A stretch of DNA of 64,000 nucleotides, taken from assembly GCA_965242725.1 (NCBI GenBank), contig CBDESZ010000018.1, forward strand, positions 320,001 through 384,000. Reading direction: 5' to 3'. Origin of the DNA: Alkalispirochaeta sp. (GTDB taxonomy: Bacteria > Spirochaetota > Spirochaetia > DSM-27196 > Alkalispirochaetaceae). Made by a program: the position numbers and the translations under genes. The stretch's first letter is position 1; the number at the start of each line of letters is the position of its first letter. Shown piece by piece: positions 26,599 to 36,857 of this stretch. A model generated the notes under the pieces. The model saw nothing but the letters and a program-made list of their open reading frames with translations. It searched no databases and was not told where the DNA came from.

Positions 26599-29405
26599 CA
26601 CCTTTCAACCTCCACGGGGGACGGTGATTCTTCAGGTTCCTTGCCGTCGATACGCACCGCCACGATCTGGCTCACCCCGCTCTCCTGCATGGTGACTCCC
26701 AGGAGGGTGTTTGCCCCCGCGACGGTCTTCTTGTTGTGGGTTATTACGATAAACTGGGAGTGTTCCGCAAATTCATGGAGCATGTTTACGAAGCGGGACA
26801 CGTTGTGTTCGTCCAGGGCCGCGTCGATCTCGTCAAGCAGGGTGAACGGACTTGGCCTGACCATAAAGGTGGCGAAGAGAAGGGCTACCGCCGTCAGGCT
26901 CCGCTCTCCTCCGGACAGGAGGGCGATATTCTCCAGTTTTTTCCCCGGCGGCTGGACGAGAATATCGATCCCCGAATCGAGAACGTTGTCGGGATCAACC
27001 AGACGAAGTTCCGCGCGCCCGCCTCCGAAGAGACGTCGAAAGACGGAATGGAAGTTCTTGCGGATCCGGTTGTAGGTCTCCACAAAGAGTTGCTCCGATT
27101 CCCGCTTGATTTCCGATGTAACCTGAATGAGGTCCGCCCGGGCAGTTCGCAGGTCCTCAACCTGGGAGTGAAGAAACTCATACCGATCGGAAACCTCGGC
27201 AAATTCCTCGACGGCCATGAGGTTGACGCTTCCAAGGGCCTTTACCTCATCCTTGACGGTGGAAATAGCGGTCCGCAGCTCCTTTTGATCTCCCTGATTG
27301 GTCGGCTTCCGGTCTTCAAACTCCCGAAGATCCCGGCCGTGGCGCTCGGAGAAGCCGTCGTAGAGGGTGCGAATTTCGGTGCGTTTTTCAGTCCTCTTGA
27401 CCTGTACCTCTTCCAGCTTTTCCTGTGTCTTTGCCAGTTCCTGCAGCTTTTCCTTGAGATTCCGTTCCTCGTCCTTGAGAGACTTGTTGTCCGATGCGAT
27501 CGCCGTTTCGAGGGTCGAAATTTCTTCCCGGAGAACCTTCTCCTGTTCCTCCAGCCCCCGATGTTCCTCCCGCAGGGCTTCGATATTTTGCGTCATTTCC
27601 GAGACCCTGCTGCGGTCTCGATGGATGCGATTTTCAAGTTCGACGATACTCTTACGGTTCTCTTCAAGCTCCCTGGCGTGCCGTTTTGCAGTTTCCCGCT
27701 GTGTCTGGGCGCGATTTACCAGTTGCACCCGGTACAGCCGCAATTCCTCAAGGTTGGTCCGTTCCGTTTCAATGGTTTTTTCAAGCGCCGCAATCTCGTC
27801 ATGGAGCTCACCGTTCCGGCGACGCAACTCGCTGCTGCCTTCATGCAACGCCTCAATCCGCTCGTCCAGTGAACGTTTACGCGTGATTGTCCCTTCCGGC
27901 GCGAGAAAATCGTCAAGAAAGCGGGGGATGGTCCCCTGATATGTCTCAAATGAGGAGGTTACGGCGTGCCAGGAGTCACCAATCGCACCGAGCGCCTGTT
28001 CCGCCGCCTGCCTGCGGTCACCCTCCTTTTCCTGAAGGGTCAGTCTGTCGAGAAGGGCGTTCCTCCGTCCCTGAATGACGATGCCGTGATTGTCCATGGC
28101 GGAACGGAGTGCCTCCTCCGCCCGCTGACGTTCCGCGGCGGAATAGCCCGACTCCCGCAGTTTGCTGTCCAGGGCGGTCACGAGCTCATCGGTAACCGTT
28201 CGCAGCTCCCGCTGCCGGACCGTCACCTCTTCGTCATTTGCGGTAATGGCGGCGTCGTTGCGTGCGATCTGCTCCCGCGCCTCTTTCTGTCGCTGCCTGC
28301 TCCGCTCGATCCGCCCTTCCACGCCTGAAATGGACTCATCGATTTCCGTACATTCCCGGTCTGTTGCTTCCGCGGCCGCAACTGCGGAAGCCCGAGCTTC
28401 TTCGAGTTCCGCCGATTTCCCCTTCTGCGTCTCGAGCCGCGCCTGCTCCCCGGCAATCTGTTCCTCCAGCGCGTCCATCTGCCCCCGTATCAGGGCGATT
28501 CGCTCAATACGGGATCCCTTTTCCACTTCTACACCGTAAAGCTTTTTCTGACTTTCAATGAGGCGTGTCTCCATGGTGGTGACCCTTGAAAGTTCTTCTT
28601 CAAGCTTTTCGTTGAGGGCGTCGATCTGCCTCTTTATCGTCCGTCGCTCACCCTCCAGCGTCTCGTAGCGGTTTTCCGACGTTGACTGCTGTTCTTTCAG
28701 CTGCGCCAGCCTGAGGAGCTGCAAATCGAGTTCCAGATCGAAGAGCGTCGTTCGCAGTTCCCGATAACGCTGCGTCTTTTCAGCCTGCTTCTGCAGGGTA
28801 TCGTAGGAGCGCTTCACCTCGGAGAGGACGGAGGCGACTTCATGCATATTTGCTTCCGTCCGTTCCAGTTTCCGGTCTGCCTCACGACCACGCATTTTGT
28901 AGCGGGTGATCCCGGCGGCTTCCTCAAAGAGGGTTCTCCGGTCTTCCGGTCTTGTGGAAAGAATCTGGTCGATTTTTCCCTGTTCCATTATGGAATAGGC
29001 GGATTTCCCGATTCCCGTGTCGTAAAAGAGTTCACGTATGTCCTTCAGCTTGACCGGTGCACCATTGATGAAGTATTCGCTCTCACCGGAACGGAAGAGG
29101 CGTCGTTTCACCGTAATTTCCGGAACATCCAGAGGAAGGAGCCCGTTGTTTTCAAGGGTCAGCGTGACTTCCGCGACATTTACCGCCTTCCGGCTGTCCG
29201 TTCCATTGAAGATCACATCTTCCATGCGTTCCGCACGGAGGCTCTTTGTTGCCTGTTCTCCAAGCACCCACTTCACGGCATCGACGACATTGCTCTTTCC
29301 GCACCCGTTCGGACCGATGAGGGCGGATATTCCGTCGGTAAAACCGATATGGCTTTTGTCTGCGAAAGATTTGAATCCGAACAGATCTACACTCTTTAAA
29401 AACAC
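26598..29405 (-). CDS. smc: Chromosome segregation SMC-family ATPase (short, 935 aa)
   Basis: FKSF, Walker A GPNGCGKS, EQGKI Q-loop, coiled coils, LSGGE, LLDEIDAALD, ITH. Confidence 0.93.
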   Translation of the reverse strand: MFLKSVDLFGFKSFADKSHIGFTDGISALIGPNGCGKSNVVDAVKWVLGEQATKSLRAERMEDVIFNGTDSRKAVNVAEVTLTLENNGLLPLDVPEITVKRRLFRSGESEYFINGAPVKLKDIRELFYDTGIGKSAYSIMEQGKIDQILSTRPEDRRTLFEEAAGITRYKMRGREADRKLERTEANMHEVASVLSEVKRSYDTLQKQAEKTQRYRELRTTLFDLELDLQLLRLAQLKEQQSTSENRYETLEGERRTIKRQIDALNEKLEEELSRVTTMETRLIESQKKLYGVEVEKGSRIERIALIRGQMDALEEQIAGEQARLETQKGKSAELEEARASAVAAAEATDRECTEIDESISGVEGRIERSRQRQKEAREQIARNDAAITANDEEVTVRQRELRTVTDELVTALDSKLRESGYSAAERQRAEEALRSAMDNHGIVIQGRRNALLDRLTLQEKEGDRRQAAEQALGAIGDSWHAVTSSFETYQGTIPRFLDDFLAPEGTITRKRSLDERIEALHEGSSELRRRNGELHDEIAALEKTIETERTNLEELRLYRVQLVNRAQTQRETAKRHARELEENRKSIVELENRIHRDRSRVSEMTQNIEALREEHRGLEEQEKVLREEISTLETAIASDNKSLKDEERNLKEKLQELAKTQEKLEEVQVKRTEKRTEIRTLYDGFSERHGRDLREFEDRKPTNQGDQKELRTAISTVKDEVKALGSVNLMAVEEFAEVSDRYEFLHSQVEDLRTARADLIQVTSEIKRESEQLFVETYNRIRKNFHSVFRRLFGGGRAELRLVDPDNVLDSGIDILVQPPGKKLENIALLSGGERSLTAVALLFATFMVRPSPFTLLDEIDAALDEHNVSRFVNMLHEFAEHSQFIVITHNKKTVAGANTLLGVTMQESGVSQIVAVRIDGKEPEESPSPVEVER

Positions 29406-29446
29406 ACTTGCTCCACTCTAAAAGTCCCCGTAGTATACCGTAGATC

Positions 29447-30194
29447 ATGGAGCGCCCCAAGGGACATTACACGATATGTGGTATCGACGAAGTCGGTCGC
29501 GGACCGCTGGCGGGACCCGTCACCGCCGCCGCTCTGATTCTTCCGGAACACTACGATAGCGCCGAATTGAGAGATTCAAAGGCGCTCTCCCCCCGTCGAC
29601 GTGATGCCATTGAGGGGGCGCCTCGTGGCGGCGGGAGCTCAATTCGGCATCGGCTGGGTATACCCCGACGAAATCGACACCATCAATATTCACAACGCCG
29701 CACTTCTCGCGATGACCCGCGCCCTCGAATCACTCTTTCAGATTCTGCCCCCGTCCACGGGACCGCTCCATCTGATTGTGGACGGGAAATTCACTCCCGA
29801 AATTCCATCGATCGGCGCCGGCGGAGAACACTCCGTCGCCGGGTGTACCGCAATGGTGCGCGCCGACGGAACGGTGCCTGAAGTCATGGCGGCGAGCATT
29901 ATCGCAAAAACCGCCCGTGACCGCCTCATGGTCTCCTACGGCGAGTCATTTCCGGAATATGGATTTGAACGGCACATGGGGTATCCTACGCCGGCTCACA
30001 AGGAAGCGCTCAGGCGATACGGTCCGACATCAATACATCGAATATCATTTCGCGGCGTAGCCGCGGATAGTCCGGACCGTCAATATCGCTCGCCCCCCGT
30101 CATGACCATGTCCGCGTCCCCGGTCCCGTCCACCCCGCTCGCCCTCGCCGGAGCGACGGCTTTCCGGCCGTTTTCCCCGCTTCCTGCTCTCTAG
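29447..30194 (+). pseudogene. rnhB: Ribonuclease HII split by a one-base insertion (probable sequencing artefact)
   Basis: Frame 1 has [14 protein letters not shown] and DSKAL; frame 2 has IDTINI, VDG, AASIIAKTARD, HMGYPT, HRISF; frames join by removing one G from GGGGG at 29614-29618. Confidence 0.9.
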
Positions 30195-30416
30195 AAACTC
30201 CACGATCGTTTCCAGTCCTTTTTGAAAGATTTCGATATCGTCTTCAAAGACGACGATCTGATGCCGGTCAAACTGTTCCGAGCCTTCCTGTTTCTTGCTC
30301 TCGACAATCGTCAAAAAGACATCGTTTCTCCTGTTTTCTTTCACATTGAAGAAGTAGGTTCGTCGGTCGTTGCGGCTCTTGGCGCGAGCGGAAAAAAGTT
30401 CGCCTCGTACTCCCAT
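30045..30416 (-). CDS. PUR-family (DUF3276, BpuR-like) nucleic-acid-binding protein
   Basis: MGVRGELFS, RTYFFNVKENR, FLTIVESK, RHQIVVFEDD; RG-rich tail. Confidence 0.88.
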   Translation of the reverse strand: MGVRGELFSARAKSRNDRRTYFFNVKENRRNDVFLTIVESKKQEGSEQFDRHQIVVFEDDIEIFQKGLETIVEFLESRKRGKRPESRRSGEGERGGRDRGRGHGHDGGRAILTVRTIRGYAAK

Positions 30417-31115
30417 TTACTTGCTCCTTTGCGCCGGTATTCGGCGAATATAATGCTCCGTCTTGAGTGAAACGTCCCGGTAATACCCTCTCAGGGATTC
30501 GGGCAGCAGTATGGCCAGCTGATACATGATTTCGTCGGCCATCTTTCGTAAATCATCCCGGGTCGGGGCGGCGCCACCGGGAATATCGAGATAAAAGGGC
30601 ACCCCCACACGAAAGTGCAGCCGGGTCCGCCGCAGGCGCCGCAAATTGGAAAAGAGGTCCTGTATTCCCCACTGAACAACCGGAAAGATGGGAACATTTG
30701 CACTTGTCGCAAGCAGCGCGGCGCCGGGCCGCCCGCGCTGGAGCGTTCCGGACTTGCTGCGCGTCCCCTCAGGGGCAATTCCCAGTATCTCCCCCCGCGC
30801 CAGTGCCGCCCGGGCGCGGTGAAGGGCTTTCCGGTCCGGTCCGCCCCGGTTCAGGGGAATGATGTTCCACAGCTGCATGAAAAAACGGGTTGCCGGGTTC
30901 CCCCAGAGTTCCCGTTTTCCCAGGGCCGTCTTCCGGCGGGGATCGAGAAGCACATAATATATCGGCCCTTCCAGATTGGTGGAATGGTTGGTAACGAGGA
31001 TACCGGGACCGTGCATCGGAATTGACGAAAGTTCGTCCTTATCGATCTTACAGATCACCCGGAGTATCCCTCGGATTGTACTGTTTATGATAAATTCAGC
31101 GAAAGGCATAGACAT
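30417..31115 (-). CDS. Lysophospholipid acyltransferase (PlsC-like)
   Basis: NHSTNLE, K.ELW, APEGTRS, GAALLA...VPIFPV. Confidence 0.9.
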   Translation of the reverse strand: MSMPFAEFIINSTIRGILRVICKIDKDELSSIPMHGPGILVTNHSTNLEGPIYYVLLDPRRKTALGKRELWGNPATRFFMQLWNIIPLNRGGPDRKALHRARAALARGEILGIAPEGTRSKSGTLQRGRPGAALLATSANVPIFPVVQWGIQDLFSNLRRLRRTRLHFRVGVPFYLDIPGGAAPTRDDLRKMADEIMYQLAILLPESLRGYYRDVSLKTEHYIRRIPAQRSK

Positions 31116-31178
31116 TCATAATTCTCCTGTGGACACTTTATCATTTCCATCCTAGAATTCCTCAACGAAGGAGGGTTC

Positions 31179-32174
31179 ATGCTCGGTGACATTAGCAGTG
31201 GTTTCAGTACATCCACAACGGAAACCTATATATTCCTTGCGATTCTCGGAGCAATCTTCCTCTCCTTTCTACTCTTTCAGGGACTTAGAAAACGGTCCCA
31301 GAAAAAAGCTGCCGAAGAACGCCGAAAAAACCCGCAAAAGCCAATATTACGAACCTACACTCATAGTCGTCGAGATCTCATCACCCTTTCAAGTCGGGAG
31401 CAACGGACATTAGACCATCTTGCGTGGTTTCTCAAGGACCCCTCACGACAGGATAAACTCAAGGAAGACGACGCGCTGCTTGTAAAGGCGTCACGGAAGG
31501 GAATCAGGGAAGGAATCGTGGGAGAGGCGGAGGTACTCCGCCTGTTGAACAAGCTGGAGGTAGATTCGGAGGCGCTGACCCAGGGACGGCGGGACACCGC
31601 TTCCATTCCCACCGGGGCGGAGACGTCGATCTCCGACAGAAACCTGAATATGGCCGTCGGAGAGCTGCTGCTGGGCAACGACAAGGGGCTTTCCGTTCGT
31701 ATCGACAAGGGCGTGCAGACCTTCCCCGTGGGGACTCACGTCGAGGTTGTCTGCAACAGCAACGAAGGTATGTACCGATTTCACAGCACCGTTCAGAAAC
31801 GGGACGGGAAGACTGTGTGGCTCCAGCATTCAAAACACGTTGAACATGTACAGCGGCGCAAGTACCGTCGCCGTGAGGCTGAACTACCGGTGGAAATTAC
31901 GATACCCGGTATTTCCCTCAAGCCGATCCGGACGAAAACGATCGATATCAGCATCGGCGGCACGGCGTTGAAAAATCCCCGGAAGCGGATCGGCGTGGGA
32001 ACACGTCTCGACTGTACCATCGATTCCCGCGGGGCGGCCCCCCTGACGGTTCCCGGAACCGCGTTGAGAACATCCAAACGGGGAAAGGTGGTACACGTCA
32101 CCTTCAGTTCCATCGACGACAAGACGCGCCACCGGCTGTTCAGAAAACTCATCCGTATCGGCACGCCTGAGTAA
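31179..32174 (+). CDS. Membrane-anchored PilZ-domain (flagellar-brake/YcgR-like) c-di-GMP receptor
   Basis: N-terminal TM; QRRKYRR and DISIGG PilZ motifs; AAGGAGG SD. Confidence 0.88.
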   Translation: MLGDISSGFSTSTTETYIFLAILGAIFLSFLLFQGLRKRSQKKAAEERRKNPQKPILRTYTHSRRDLITLSSREQRTLDHLAWFLKDPSRQDKLKEDDALLVKASRKGIREGIVGEAEVLRLLNKLEVDSEALTQGRRDTASIPTGAETSISDRNLNMAVGELLLGNDKGLSVRIDKGVQTFPVGTHVEVVCNSNEGMYRFHSTVQKRDGKTVWLQHSKHVEHVQRRKYRRREAELPVEITIPGISLKPIRTKTIDISIGGTALKNPRKRIGVGTRLDCTIDSRGAAPLTVPGTALRTSKRGKVVHVTFSSIDDKTRHRLFRKLIRIGTPE

Positions 32175-32199
32175 GGGGCGCCTCACAACCGGCGGCCGC

Positions 32200-35100
32200 T
32201 CATTTCCGCGCAACGACGAGCATCGTGATGTCGTCGAACTGCTCATCCTCATAAATGTGGCTGAACTCGAGGTAGTCTTCTCCCTCTGGTTCACCTTCCC
32301 GCTGTTCACCCTCGGAACGGGTTCCTTCCTTCACGACGGGATGAGAAAAATACGCGCCGTACTGGAGGAAATGCTCCTTCAGGAAATCGTGGACGATACG
32401 ATCGATTTTGATACGATCCCCGTCCCCCGCGGCCGGGTCCGGAACGATGCGGAAAATACGTTCAATTGCCACTACCGCAAGGACCGAGTCCCGCACCGGG
32501 TCTGTGGATGTTGAAAAGTCGAACTCCAGGACTTCAGACTCCAACGGGTTCATCAATCGCGTCAGACGGTACCGTTCCTTTCGGACCACCCTTTGGATGA
32601 TCGTGTGAATGCGTTCATTGGAAAACTCCTCACCGTCCTCCCCCGGCTGAAGACCCTCTGCCACGGTGCCTTCGGTGATCATCTCTTCGGTGACGACGAA
32701 GGTCTTCCAGTCGCTTCCCCTGAGGAGACGTTTCGCCTCCTCCAGGCCGTCGGTAAAAAGCAGGAGCATGTCGTCGACGGCGATCTGCTGGGTCGCCTGG
32801 GGAAACTGTATCGGCAGGTCGGCGCTTGAAAAGGTTCCCGCCGCAGGGCCGCCTGGAATTGTAAGTTCTTCAACGGCAGATAGATCCCGTCTGAAGATAT
32901 GCAGTTTCACATCGCCGGCATTGGCCGTATAGAAGGCTCCCTTCCGGGTATCCAGAATCCCAACGGTAAGTGCCGCAAAGCGCCCCTTGAACTGCCGCTC
33001 CGCGACGGTGTCGTTTATGCGCAGCACCAGGGACGAGAGGTCGATTCCCGGACTGGTGAGTTTCCAGTTTCGAAAATAGTCATTGAACATCGTGGCAACC
33101 TGCACCATGATCAGCGCCGCGGGAATTCCCTTACCCGCCACGTCGCACTTGATCACCGCAACAAACCGTTCATCAAGCACCTGGTAGGCAAAGTAGTCTC
33201 CGGACACCCCCTTTGCCCCTCGTAGTATCCGAAGAAGCGGGCGTGGGACGTCTCCATCGCTCCATAGGTCTTCTTACGATCGTCACTTATACGTTCAAGC
33301 GGTATAAAGGCTTTCTGCGTCTCCTTACCGAACAACAGGTCCTTTGATGTCTCCGCCCCTTTGACGAGTCCCTCTATCATTTGATTGATCGACGTCGCAA
33401 GCTGCTGCAGCTCGTCCCTGCTCGTGAGAGAGAGGGCGCGTCCCTTGAGGGTCGCCTTGTCCTCGGTGGCGGTAATCTCTTCAACGAGCCCCACCAGTCG
33501 GAGAATCGGGCGTACAACGATTGTCGCCAGAAGATAGGCGCCCAGAATCCCGACACCGACGGCGGCGGCGGCGATAATCATCGTTGTAATGATCAGATCT
33601 CTTCTTGTCCGGTCTATTTCGTCTATTATCAATTGTGTGGAGATACCCACCCTGATCGTCCCGCGATAGTAGTTCCGGAAGTCCGCCCCGGCACCGGGCA
33701 CGATGGCCAGAACGGGTTTGTAGAAGAGGTAGGTCGTCACGTCCCGGCGAAGGTCGGCAAAGTCGAATTGCGGTTCGCTCCGGATAGGCCCGGCGATTTC
33801 CTCAAGTCGCTCCCGCCCGCGCCGCAGGAGCTCCGTCCGTATCTGGTCGATGCGCTCAATCTCACCGTCCGGCGCGCCCTGAAGGATGAGCTGCTGCGCC
33901 TGCTGCGTCAGTTGTTCCAGTTCCACGGCGATATCACCGACTTCTCCGGCAGCCTGTGCGTTGAGGCGTTCCGCCAGTGCCTCAATGCTGCCGCTTATGT
34001 GGTCATTGAGGCGGGATACGCCGATCACGTACGAATCGGTATCGATACGGTCCTGATTACCTTCTATGACGGCGGGATCGGTGGTAGCGTAAATCGTCTG
34101 AAGCGCCCCCTGCCGATCGATTCCTGTAATGGAAACGTACAGCGCTTCCGTCATCGCCTCACCCTGGTTGGCAAGATTCTGGAGCTGGTCAAGATTGAGC
34201 TGGGGATTTTCCAGGGCCGGTCTCGCTCCCGTCACCTGCCCCTCGACAAGGAGCTCAATACGCTCCTGGAGACCTTCCACGAGAATCCGCTCCTGCCGTT
34301 CAAGGACGTTTCTCCCCAACACCACCGCGACGAGTACGACGACGCCGATGACGAGGAGTACGACGAAAAACATGAATTTAATGCGCAGCCCCAGCCAATG
34401 TACCTTCATCTGCAATGCCCTCTCTCTCTGTGCCCGCCGTTGTTCCGCATCCACGACCGCGCTTCCCCTGATAAGGATCGTCGCTTCCCGTCCGAGTCCC
34501 ACCATTTCGCGTGCGATGACGGTGAGTCGCAGTGCCGAAAAGAGAATAAGCGCGACCGATCCCGACAGAATCAGGACAAATATGACGTCCTGAATCGACC
34601 GCTCCACCGGTGCCTCACCCCAACGATAGCGCGGCTCAAAGACGGGGGTGAAGTCTCCGTACCGTATCGTCCCGCGTTCATTCAGGGTGAAACGATCAGG
34701 GGAGAAATAGAGACCCCGTTCAGGATGCACAAGCCCGACAAGATAGGTTGCGGTTTCCACGTCGGCAATTTCGATTCCCGTTATACGCCGGTCGTCCGGC
34801 ACCGAAAACTGGTCCTGCCACGCATTGAACTCGTAGTCGTACGGCTGCGCCCCGTCACGGTCTATCACGACGCGATCGACGACGCCGTTGCTCCGGAATC
34901 CACGGCCGGTGATGTCGAGGCGGTACCGGCCGACCAGGTCCCTGGCGATATTGAGGGAATGGACCTGCGTGGTAGGAACAAACTTGTTCAACCTGAGAGG
35001 CATGCTCCGCGGCGGCCCCACATTGCCCACCCCGTCGACAGCCGCCACCGTCAGAAGCCACACGCCGTCGGCAAGGTTTCTGCCCCCCGTAACGGGTGAA

Positions 35101-36857
35101 GTGTGTGTCACCCGCTGGGACACCGCCGGCGCGTCAATGGGTTGTTGCCCCCCGTCGCTCACCGGGAGCGTGCGTGCAAGTTGATCGGCACCGTCACCAA
35201 GATAGTCGAGACGGACGCTGTATCCCCCCAGATCCTCTTCTTCTTCCGGTGGTTCCCATCGTACCTGGAAGGTATTGGAAACGAGATAGCCGTTTTCATC
35301 GACCGGAGGCGGCGGAAAGGTGACCGGTCCGGGGGGAGTGTTGTCAAGATAGAAGGTGACCGTCGTCGGAGGAGACCAGTTTCCCGCAAAGTCGGTCGCT
35401 CTCACCTTCAGGTACCAGGGGCCGTCCTCGTCCGCCTGGAGCGAAACGGTCCGCTCCGGGACCCGTATCTCCAGAGAGGGGGATACCTCCGCTTCGGGGT
35501 CACGGGACCAGGTGTAGCTGTATCCCCGTATCCCCGATGCGTCCGCGGGGTCTTCAAAACGAAACGCCGCACGGGGGGTACCGCTTCGCTCGCCGATACG
35601 GAAGTTCTCGCCCCGAACGACGGGCGGCTCGACGCTCTGGTCGGGTTCCAGATATACCACTTCAGCGCCGTCCTCCCCGGCCCGCCGCTGCCAGACGATG
35701 TGGAGCCTTCCGTCGTGGCTCACTCCTTCGGCGAATATCGCCTCTCCTATCGCGGGACTGAGTCGCTGGGGGACCCATCGAAAACCGTCACGTCGGCCGA
35801 GAACGACGCGGCTGTTTCCCTGGGGGTTTGTAAACCACGTGATGACCGGTTCCGACCCGTCAAAGACGATTCGTGGTGACCTGGCAAGCTCCAGCCGACC
35901 CGTCACTTCCTCGATCAAACCGTTGGGGGTACCGTCAAAATCGAGACCCATTACATAGATCTGGGGGCTGCCGGCGATGTATCGCCGCTCCCACGCCAGG
36001 AGGAGCTGCCCGTTTTCCTCGTCAACGACGATATGGGGGCGCTGATTGTCAAAAAGATTCGCGTCGTCCGAGAGTGATGGGTCGACGAAGGTGGTGAGGC
36101 GGGTATTTTCGGACCACGTCGTACCGCCGTCGTCGCTCATCTTGAGATAGAGCTGATAGGTGCTCCTCCTGGTGATATTCAGCCCCTGATAGACGACGTA
36201 CTCGCGGCCGTTGTGGGCAACATGGGTCGGAATGAAGGTCAGGCCGACGTCACGGTCGGAATCCAGGGGCCGCGGCTCCGTCCACGATTGATCATCCCGG
36301 GACCGTATATAGACAACCTGCTGCCGTCCTTCAAGATTCTGGTTTACGAAGAGAATAATCCGACCCTCCGCGGTAACCGACAGCGTCGGAGCCACATTGG
36401 CGCGGGGTGTCCTCAATTCGTGAACGGGAGAGAACGTCAGAGACTCTATGTCTCCGCGATACACCACCGTCTGTTCCGCCGATTCCGTGACGGCGATATA
36501 CACCTCACCGTCTTCCGTGGCGACGACGGAATAGAGATGTGGCGGATTGCTGCCGGCATAGACAATGGGACCGATGATGCGCTCCGCGGTATGCCATTGT
36601 TTCCCGTCGGCGGACCATCGGGCGGAAATATGAATCCTCCCGCGTCCGTCATCGTCGGATTGTCGCAGCACCTCCTGGTAGAAGACGACCATTCTTTCAC
36701 CGACGGTGATGAGCCGGGGAAACCGTGATTCTCCCGTCGCAATCGCCCGGGGCGCCTCAAAGTATTCCGTACGCTGCGCATGGAGCAGGTGTGGTGCGTG
36801 CACGAGAAAGGTGAGGGTCACCGCTATCAGCATGAGCGTCGATTTTTTTCCCGCCAT
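32200..36857 (-). CDS. Membrane sensor phosphatase (Asp-box propeller, Ig/Fn3-like domains, 3 TM, HAMP, SpoIIE/PP2C), split by a one-base deletion
   Basis: Signal peptide; Asp-boxes SADGKQW, SRDDQSW, SDDGGTTW; HAMP RPILRL...RDELQQLA; PP2C SGDYF, CDVAGKG, FTDG, DDIT; one extra base in CCCC at 33216-33219 restores YEGAKGVSGDYF and a 1552-aa ORF. Confidence 0.85.

Noticed and set aside
25387..27939. Long plus-strand ORFs (353, 378 and 190 aa)
   Set aside because: Low-complexity antisense shadows of the lipoprotein and smc genes
33381..35099. 572-aa plus-strand ORF
   Set aside because: Antisense shadow of the sensor phosphatase
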